Source of the DNA: Nymphaea colorata
Lineage: Eukaryota
Direction of reading: 5' to 3'
Length of the DNA: 64,000 bases
NCBI RefSeq assembly: GCF_008831285.2
Contig: NC_045138.2
Location: 16,306,001 to 16,370,000, forward strand
Part shown: positions 54,086 to 64,000 of the stretch, piece after piece
Layout of the letters: each line of letters opens with the position of its first letter
Position numbering within the stretch: the stretch's first letter is position 1
The notes under the pieces: generated by a model
What the model saw: only the letters and a program-made list of their open reading frames with translations
The model's database searches: none
What the model was told of the DNA's origin: nothing
Program-made: the position numbers and the translations under genes

Positions 54086-54390
54086 ACTTCAGGTCCTTCA
54101 TCGACTTCTCGAGCTCCAAGGAGAAGATGGAAGGGCTGGTGCCGAGCGCGGACGAGGAGGAGATGGTGCTGAGCCCGGACCTGGAGGTGGACTGCTGGCT
54201 GAAGTTCCCTTACTATGGCTTGGACTTCGGTGCCGGGAGCCCTTACCTCTTCGTGCCTTCGCATCTGCCGGTGGAAGGGTTGCTGATCATCGTGCCTTCT
54301 TTGGCCGGCGTTGGTGATATTGACGTCTACGTTCCCCTCTTTGAGAAGAATGTGGACTCCTTCAAGAGTGGCCTGTTTTCACTGGATTAG
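54086..54390 (+). pseudogene. 5'-truncated copy of BAHD-2 (last ~100 codons)
   Basis: Identical to 35639-35943 except one synonymous CTG>TTG change (54280); lacks the HXXXD-containing N-terminal three quarters. Confidence 0.93.
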
Positions 54391-55571
54391 GAGTGAACAT
54401 CAAATGTCGTCGTTCTTATCTCGAGAGAAAGACTCCGGTGACACTATGTACTTGATAATGATGTTCCTAGTTTCATTTCTTAACCTTTTTTTTTTTTTCT
54501 TTTTCTTGTGTTTTTAATATATCATCACCTTTGAACTTAATTTCCAATACTGCAAGCCAGTGGTTAGCTGGATGACGTTTACATTAGGGGCGTGTTTATT
54601 TAATCTGATCCCGGATAGGGAGATCGGAAGTAAAACAGATGACGGATTTCCATTTCATAGATTTCAAATCCATGAGAGCTGGAATCCATGAATTAGAGAC
54701 GGAACCAATTCAATCAATGAATTAGAGATCGAACCACCCCCTCATCCGATCTCAATTGAGAACCTCGCGTCCCCACTGGCCGCTAGGCGGGAGGTCTCCT
54801 CCCATGCTTATCGACCAACCTCAGCTCTCTCTTCAAAGAACCTGATAGAAAAATCATGTTTCCGAAGAGAGAGACAGAAGCTCAGATGGTGGGAGACAGA
54901 TCTGAGAGCTTCGAACAAGAACCAACATTGACCACCTGGGATAAACAAAACAAGAACCAAGATTGACCACTGGGGAGTTGTGAGAGAAAAAGAATCTTCA
55001 AATTGATTCAAACTACTGCTCACAAAATCTCCATTTTTAAGATCCATGGTTATCAAACGGTACATAACTTAATATGTCGTTATTGGAGGTGAGGCGCTCG
55101 GTGGAACCGCTACTTCTTTTGTATTTTTCATTTTTGTGCTTATAGAGCACGGCTTATTTAATCTGACTGTTCCTCAGATTGAACTTGATAACAATGGAAA
55201 ACAAGCCCATCAAAATGGGTGAAGCGACAAAAAAATTTAGATGACAATTCTATGTTCATCCATAGATCGTGGGATCCCACTTAAGGTTGGGCATCAGGCG
55301 GGCGATAGTCATCCCAACTCTCTTTAGCTCGGGCTAGCCCAAAGCCTTTGGCAGCAGTTTAGGCCCAACCTGGGTTGAGTCAAACCATCAACTTCTTACT
55401 TATTCGCTCAAGCCTAACAACCAATCCAGTTCGATGTCTATTTTTATTAAAAACTCTTCACATTTCATTTTTAATATCTCATCTCAAAAGCACGAATAGA
55501 TGTATCAAATATTTTTAGAAAAGCCATTATGGCATAACTTTTTAAGGAAGCCATTGGCAATGCACCCAAAA

Positions 55572-55605
<34 letters not shown>

Positions 55606-58600
55606 AAGAAATGTTTGTTAAAGCTCAGGCCAGTTTTTTTAATCAGGTAACGTCAAATAACCGAGCCGATGTCAAAGAGAGAGAGAAAAAGGACGAGCAA
55701 TTGTGGAGAAAACAACATCTTATAGAAAAGTGGGGAGTACTTATCAATGGTACAATTATGTATAGAAGGAATTTCTTCATGTCCTTGTTCAAAACTTTAT
55801 GACCAAGTTTTTCTTTTCTATAATAAGATATGATCGTGATTCTTGCTTTTTAATAAACCCGTGTAGAAGTGGATTTGTGCATTTTAAATTATATGAAAGG
55901 GTCAACAACATACGCGCGACCCCTGTGCTTGGAAAATGTGCGAAGTTCCGAAAAGACCGAAATAACCCGGTCAATCAATTGTGCATTGTCCCGTATGAGG
56001 CGTGAGAATCCGATTCTCATTACCCGGTCTATCGGAGATTTCATGCGTCGAAGAGAAGACCACTCTTCTTCAACATGGAATGACACGGAATTATTTTTTC
56101 CTTTTTCCTTTTTAAGTTTTGATGGAGATTTTGTCCATAAACTTTTTGGTGTTTTAGGAGCCAATGATTTTTAATTTTTATGTCTAAAAATGCTTGAACA
56201 AAAAAATGACGGACATGATATTCATTCGTATTAAATTATTATTAAAAATATCGTATCATATTCAACAATGTAACTATCCAATTTAGTCTGAAAGAAAAGG
56301 ATGACGACGACAACTGTTTAGTATTCCCCGTAAACTCCTATTACTTCCTTCTACCACCTCACTTCCATACTTGGGATTTCCGTACCGATTTCATATATTG
56401 ATTATTAAAGGAGGAAAGGATACCTTGAAAAAGTTGAGGCCCAATGCCTTTCTATTTGTTTGTAGGGTTTAGGGCTGCTTTGTGATTGACCATTCGTCAA
56501 CTAAAGTATTCGGCATGCATAGTTTGTAGTTCAATGAAATAGTGCTCACAGGAATCAAACTAATAACCGAATTTTCACTAACCTGCAATCTGACCAATTA
56601 CGCTAGTCCCCTCAAAACTATAATTTATGAAAGGGACAAACAGATCATCAAGGGGAAAAATGAAATGTTGTAGCTTCCAAACTCTGATGCCGCTGTCAGA
56701 TCTACTTCTTTATCGCAACTGACATATGGTGGCCGGCAAACACTTGTATGGTCATGAGATCGCCTCACCCTCACCCACAACGATTGGCTGAGCAAGAGAA
56801 AGGGGCACGTATAATGCACTGATTTTTTTTCTTACACTTAATAAACAGTAAGTTGAGTCATGTTGTAGGATTAATGGAGGTCGGGATAGGTAATTGGATA
56901 TACCCTTAACTATATATATATATTTTTTATATGCATGCATTTGGATTCAAATATGAACAAGAAAAAGTCACATTTGAATCTGAATTTGAAATCCAATTAC
57001 GCAATCTAAATCCAATTTTTACGTTTGTATCTGAATCTGAATCCAAATCTGAATTTTCAACTGAATGTGACCGATTTTTAACATGTAAGAGCATTAGATA
57101 TAGCATACATGTTTAAAAATAAAATCTAATCCAAATTCAAATCTAATCAGATGTACATCTATATCCAAATCTGAATCCAATTACATGTCATTTCTTAAAT
57201 TTTAATCTAATCCAATTTCTTAATGGAATATTACATTTTCCCCATATCCGACTTTTTCAGAACGGTTTTATATAATATCTAATTCAGGTCAAATATATTG
57301 GCATCCTTAAATAAATGTGAAAGGAAGATCCAGTCGTGGTAGGACGTTGGTGGGTGGCGAAGGCCGATGAAAAGCAAACATGCACGGTAGAAATGTGAAG
57401 GCTGGGAAAGGATTTGAATAAGGTACAACTATTATCATATTCAACCGACCACAGTTTTATATTGTTTTCAATTTGTTTATATGACTCGGATCTAGCGCAG
57501 CCTTTTAACTGGAAAGTTTTCATGTCCTGACCACGTTGATAACGTCCTGCAGACGATTTATCGTTGTTGGCATGTTTCGGAATCGGTTGACGACGGTTGA
57601 AATAGTCGCTACGGGAAGAGCTGCCTAATATAAAAGTCCTTTTTATCAGTTCAACGTCACAGGTGCTATAATTTTATATACGGTACATAACCTAATGAAT
57701 AAAGTTGAAATCATGATCAAAAGGTCATTATCTGAAAAGATGGTCAAAACATATTTTATAGCTCCCCAAATAGATGCTACCTGGACAGTTGAAGATGCTT
57801 ATATAATGAGGACAACAATCAACATCACGCTATTCCACATCGTGCTGGAATATATTTCTGATTATCTTATGAGTTTGTTATTTCAACAAAGTTTAGTTTA
57901 CTACCTTTACCGACTCCTACCCCGTCCTTTGTGCCAACCTTCTCTAGAACTGGCTGTTTAAACTCCTGTCTCGTCCTTTGTGCTAACCCTCTCTGGAACC
58001 TTATGAGTTTGTTTTTTAAACAAAGTTTATGTTCAGTTTGTTTTTTAAACAAAGTTTTGTAAGAACATATGGTAAAGACTCCAATTAGGAAAAAGGTTCT
58101 TCCATTATTCGAGTCTAAGGTCTCAGGCATTGTAGGCAAGAAGTTGACACTTTGGAAATCGAATTGAGTACAACTACGCCTATTTACCTGCACTAGCTAC
58201 AAAGTTGGTGTATTTATGTGTTGGTACCTCGTTAAATTTTTATTTGCTTGAAGTTTGAAATTTAAACTTTTAAAGCTCCTTAACCTGAACCTTATATATT
58301 AGCCAGAGAACCATGGCGACTTTTGCTGTTCATCATTGATATGTCACCATGGCACCAATTAATTAAAAAATGTCACCCTCACCTACCTCATTCAAGAGGA
58401 GCAATTTTCTTCACAGGCAGCCGACAGAATAGGCTAATGCAACCATGTGCGAGGGCATGCACCGGTATCATCCTTTTCCCACTATCGCTCTCTCGTTTTG
58501 AGAAAGCGACAACCGATTACTAAAATGGCGTCCGTGAGAAATATAGGAAGAAAAATTATTGAAGAGCTTGGAATTAAGAATACGAGGCGATCGACGTTAA

Positions 58601-58679
58601 AATTGGAACTAAGAATACTGTGAAAAATGCATAATTAAATTCCTAGCTTCTATTTCACCAACTGCGTCTACGCACAATT

Positions 58680-59610
58680 AAGAAAATTTCATCCGCATGA
58701 TGACTTTGTTGATGTGCTCATTTGATGCTCCTCTTCGATTGAATGTCAACGAGTTCAGCACATATGGGAGCCAAATGATGCCTTCTCTTAGCTTTGGGAG
58801 AAAATCTGTTAACCATGCTTGAGAAGACTGCAAAAGGCTGGTTTCCATATGGGCAATAGATGCTGCCCCTCTTGTAAGCAGGCAGAGGAAGATGTCGATC
58901 AGATATTCTTCAAGTGCAGGATTGTCCAATTTCTGTGGAATTGTGTGGCTCAGAAATGGAATATGCATATCCCTGTTGTAGACTCCATTCGTGGAGTGGT
59001 CCTGTATGTTTAGGAAAAAATGAATGAAAAAAGGATGCAGATTGTGTCTCCCGATGAGTGTGTGAAATACAGAAATGGGGTTCTGCGTGATTCTATTAAG
59101 GAGACTAAATCGAGTTGTTTCTATAACATTTCTAATGACATTAAGCAACAGATTACTACTGCATACGAAGTGGGGTGTAAATGATGATAAAAGAGATCTG
59201 TTCCTGGCTGAAGTGAGGAATTAGAATCGATCCCTGGCCTTCCTTTCATTTCTGGGATATGGTCATCCAGCCGATTTGCTGTTGGCATGGAGATATTCAA
59301 AGAATAGTTTCCAAGGTGAAGATCAAAGGGATCCGGTGTCATTTTGCAGGTTGACGCCGGCCCTATACTCAGAAATGGTAGGCTTCGGACTTGCTCTTGG
59401 GCTTTATTCACTGCTTTCGTAAGTTTCTCGGTTCGCCGTGGGAAAGGATTTCTCTGTAATTAGTTTTTTGTCTTGATTCTTTTCCGATTTCTCTGTAATT
59501 AGTTTTTTGTCTTGATTCTTTTCCTTTTTTGCTATAATATGATTTTGTCGAACGTTCTTTAATTCTCTTCTAACAAATAAGGTGGGGAAACCTTCTTCCA
59601 GCAGCATTGC
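58680..59610 (+). mobile_element. L1-like LINE ORF2 zf-RVT remnant and 3' end
   Basis: RLQKAGFHMGNRCCPSCKQAEEDVDQIFFKCRIVQFLW matches the zf-RVT CxxC-H-C pattern with H>Q; an upstream fragment near 58080-58170 (KVSGIVGKKLTLWKS) may belong to the same element. Confidence 0.75.
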
Positions 59611-62600
59611 GGAATTGAAAATGAGAAAGCGAACTTCTTTCTATATTTTGAATATGCATCAGATTCGAGGATATTTGAGATACTGATATCTTTTAACAAC
59701 AAAACTTAGATTCTTTTTTAAAGAAGCAATGATTAATCGCAGTACAAATCTGAAATCCAATGTGTCATACTCGGGGGAACTGATCGATCAAATAGCCTCC
59801 TTCTTTTCTCCCAGTTATAAAACAGGGGTGCATGCGCAACTCGATCTCTTTTCTCTTGTGGATAAAAGGACTCTGCTAAGTTGAAGGACAATGCGAAGGA
59901 GATGTTATGTCATGTGAAAGGACAATTTAGCAGAGAACAGGTCAACAATATGCACTTTCTGAGCTAGTGTGTTTATTACACCCATCTTGGTCTTTGTGAC
60001 TTCCATGAAAACTTAATCTCTCGAGTATAGATTCTGCTTCATGTCGGCTTTATATGATCCTTAGCTAGGTAACAATACCAAGCAAAGAATCAAGTAAAAT
60101 AAGGGGGGAAGAGTCAATAATCTTGTTCAATGAGCTCAGGAGCAACCGATTTGACAGATGATTTGAGGGACTTGAAAAGTCGTAATAATGTGAAACTTGC
60201 TATTCTATGTTGGAAAATAATGTGAAACTGCAACGTGAGTAATGAAGTAAGGAACTAACTTTTTAAAAATTATTTATATATATGTACGTTATGGTATTTA
60301 GGTCAATTACCCAAAACTATAAGAGGCAAGGGGAATGGGGGAGCCTCTTTTCGGACAGTAGGTTGTTAAAACTCTGGTTCAGCCGGAATATTCTGGTCAA
60401 TTAGAACAAGTCATTGAAGGTTCCAACGAGTACGAATTTGCACATAGTCTAAAACAATGGCGAACCAACTCTTACCGCTGGTTTTCTTTGACTGCATTTT
60501 ATTGAAAGCTTGGAAATGCAAACAACGATAAACAAAACAAAAAGGGAAAAGAAAAAAAATGGAGAATTTGGAAATAGCTTTCGATCGACGACTTGCAAAG
60601 CAAACGTTATGATTTTGATTCTAAGAAAGAACATACTGTTCATGACGATCCAGGTAAAAGCAGACCTTATTGAATGAAAATGAAAGAAGGGAAAAAACAG
60701 ACAAATTTGGAGGATATGAACGTGACATTCGTGAATCATGCATGGTTTACCTATGAATTGGCGGCAATAATTCTTTGAAAAATATTTGTTTAAACTAATT
60801 AGCCTAATATAACTACCCATCAATCAACACAACAAAAAATATATTTCTTAGTTTTTCTTTTCACCGCAAATGGGCTGAAGAGAACCCTTTCGTCAACAGC
60901 GAAGGAAGAGTAAAGAATCAAAGAATAACAGAGAACATCAAATGACAAGGCTCATCCAGCCAACAGAGATCCCTGAACAAAAGTTAGCGAAATTAATCAG
61001 AAGATCTTCTAACAACATAAGAACTTCATTATACAGAAAGTTTCAGAGATAACTAATCTACCCATCACGTACGATAAGAAAGGGAATTGAGCAACATCAA
61101 AAGAACACTTGGCCATAGAATCTTGCAGCCAATTCATCCAACCAACATTGTTCGATCTAATATTCATGGTAGTGAATAGGTCAGAAACAGCAGATATCAT
61201 CCGATTTAGCAGGACATTTTCCTCAAGGATTAAATCGCTCAAGGAACAATATGTACTTCTCAGACCAAATTTGCTGATTGTCATGCCATAAGATGGCAGC
61301 ATAACTCTAATCTCCCTATACTTAGAGAAGAAACAATTTCTATCGTCTCCAAGCTGGAGGTATCCAAATAGGATTGAAAATTTTCAATCCCAGCCTTAAC
61401 CGAAAGACCAAATGAGCATGAGCAGAACATTAATTTATGTTTCAAAATAGCTTCTACACAGGCCTGCCAGACCTATTTATGCATCCGAGAGATAAGTCTG
61501 ATTCTTCCGAACTGTAGAGATTATCACAAAAGGTCCGGCCGTCCAGACGTTCCATAGAACAATATTGAAGCAGACCTGCCAACATGAATTCCTTTAAAAG
61601 TACAGCATAAGGAAAAGAAAAATATTCCCTATGGGTAAACATGAATTTCATAAGAATGTAGTAATTAAAAACATCAATTAAGAAAAGTGTAGTAATTCAA
61701 GTGACAAATGAACTTTATATTAAGTTGTAAACATCAACCTGTTTATTACAACTAAAGAGAACTCCGGCATTAATAATATTGTTTTCAGCAAATTAAATAA
61801 GATACCTAGTATCTTCATTGAGGAAATTTTCTTGGTTGTTGTTATTTTGTTTAATTTCCGGCAAAATCCACATCCTAGATCCTTCTCATAACCTTCTGTT
61901 GTTTTTCCACTGTTTTCTATCTATTAAGCGTTTTTTATTTTAAATATTGTGTTGAGTTTTTTCAAGCAGAACGTTAGATCATCGAAGTACTCCAAGCCTA
62001 TGGGATCAAATTGCTGTTTGCATTTTCCTGCATATGTTTCTTCAATTGCTTAAGTGAGCAGAACATAGTTAACAATATGTGACGGTGGATTTATGATCTT
62101 TTAAAACAAAGTCAGAAGTAGTGGCGCAGCCAGAAGTTTCTGCACGGCTGGCGGGTTTTAACGATTCAAATTTTGGAAACTTAGTGGGAACGAATATGTA
62201 AGTAGGAAAATGACTGAGGCTTTAATATATAAATAATTTATGGGTCGGTGTGGTCAATTGCCCAATGTGCCTCCTCCGCCACTGGTCAAAAGTACTAAAA
62301 CGTTTCAAACGATTGTATATTACATGCATCCTCTTTCTCAGACACATAATTTAGCAAGCAGAGTCAAGGAATTCAACTCCTTACATTCTAATCTATGTAT
62401 TTTCTTGGTGGGGATTTGTTGAGAAACTTGCAAACTTTTTCAAGAATTAGTAGGCCATTTCATCACATATTCCACCACATATTTGTTTACAAATAAAAAC
62501 AGTATGAAAAGATAATATATATTGGAAAAACAGTGATTATTGATGGATCAGCTGCTTCATGTGAAAATAAATTATTTTTCTTAAAACCATTTTAGTTGGA

Positions 62601-64000
62601 TTTCAAGCTACAACAACGGATCTTCCCATCTCACATTGAGCATGATCACACATTTTCATCCCACAATGACATGGCATGCTATATCTCAGCTTCAAGGAGC
62701 AATTCCTGCATAAAGTCCCGAAGTAACCTTTTCAATACATTTTGAACGTCGTCGTTCGATATCTCAATGAAGGATCCACATAATACGTTTATGATGAAGT
62801 TGCTCAATCTACATCACATATAACATCGGGCAAATAGGATTCAACCTTTTCATTTGAGGTTCTTTCTGATGCCTACTTTGCTTTGCCCACGGCTTTACAG
62901 AAACAAATGATGGCAAGTCTATCTTCGTGGTCAACTAGATTGAGAACTTTTACCAAATGCATACTGACTTTTAAGTAGACTATCAAAATTTCTCCCCTTT
63001 CTTTTTGGTTCATCTAAATGTAGAATCCCGGAATTGACCCACTACACCTTTTCTACGTTAGATGACCTGATATTAGAGAGGCACATAATACTGCGGAAGG
63101 AACCGTGTGCATTTATATATCTTACATATCTTAATTTGTGGCCTTGGTAATGTCACTACAGCAACTATGGGCGTTAAGGACGGTCCTGGCCACAGACATG
63201 TCTTTCTTAGTTTTCAAATTTTACATGCACATGTGCACATTGTTAGAACTTCTCATCTCAACGATTATATTACAAGTAAGATCAATTAATTTTGGTATCT
63301 AAACAATGAAGATATTTTATGAATTAATGCACTTTCTAAACCATAGATCGGTTGCTTTCTTGTCATCTTAGTAGGGCAGTAGGTCCCAGTATATACAAGT
63401 GGGTGTTTGGTTGCTCCTGATCATCCACGAGATTGGTTTCCAACATAATTTCTTGGTCCCAGCAAAACTGTGGATTTAGGAACCGTGGATTTGAAGTCTA
63501 TAGGCCTCACTTGATCCATGGGTGTTACGTCAAAGAGAAAAAGGAGAGTGCTGTTTGATCGGTGAAACGTATGGATTCTAAGACGTCAAAATCATGAACT
63601 CTAGGTACTTTAGAATAAGCAAGAGTAATACACTTAAAACTAAAGCAAAGTGATTTTCAACTTTCAGGTAATACAGCTTTGTACCGAATTAATTAACAAC
63701 AAACAGACTCTGGTAGTGAACCTACCTGATTATATATGCCAACAGAACTGCACTTCGATAATATACTTTTGACCTCCAAGTTTTATTTCTTCCTATACAA
63801 GCATGCCCCCTAGATAAAGATCTTGTTGCCCTCAATGGCTGGCTTGTACCAATATAAACAAGTGGTTGCTACTTAATGAAGCTTAGAAGTAAAAAGCCAC
63901 CTAATTTCAGCATCTAAATATTTGCTCGCACCATGATCAACAGCTGCTCATGCTAAAAAGAATGTCTGACCTAACCCCAAAAATGTAGTAAAGGTTGCGT

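Larger units (their letters stand above)
54086..64000 (+). repeat. Segmental duplication copy 2 (runs off the window end)
   Basis: Collinear with 35639-43290; extra segments at ~54707-55330, ~57870-59225 and ~62780-63395. Confidence 0.95.

Overview
Eukaryotic, flowering-plant nuclear DNA: AT-rich, repeat-laden intergenic sequence with GC-rich intronless genes. The species cannot be determined from the sequence. The core is an expanding array of clade IV BAHD acyltransferases (agmatine/putrescine/aromatic-amine N-hydroxycinnamoyltransferase-like): three intact genes (4462-5754 -, 34645-35943 +, 47189-48493 +) and a 5'-truncated, near-identical copy of the second (54086-54390). That copy starts a segmental duplication (35639-~43290 repeated at 54086-64000+). 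Also present: a head-to-tail duplication (14501-21921); degenerate L1-like LINE remnants; MITEs and a solo LTR; a CACTA-like subterminal repeat field followed by an unidentified spliced pseudogene; a plastid-derived trnT-GGU pseudogene; a probable multi-exon non-coding or small-ORF transcript (22.1-26.9 kb, -); a copy-specific 131-bp palindrome; and a diverged long inverted repeat. Most short ORFs in the supplied track are spurious. All alignments and identities were judged by eye.
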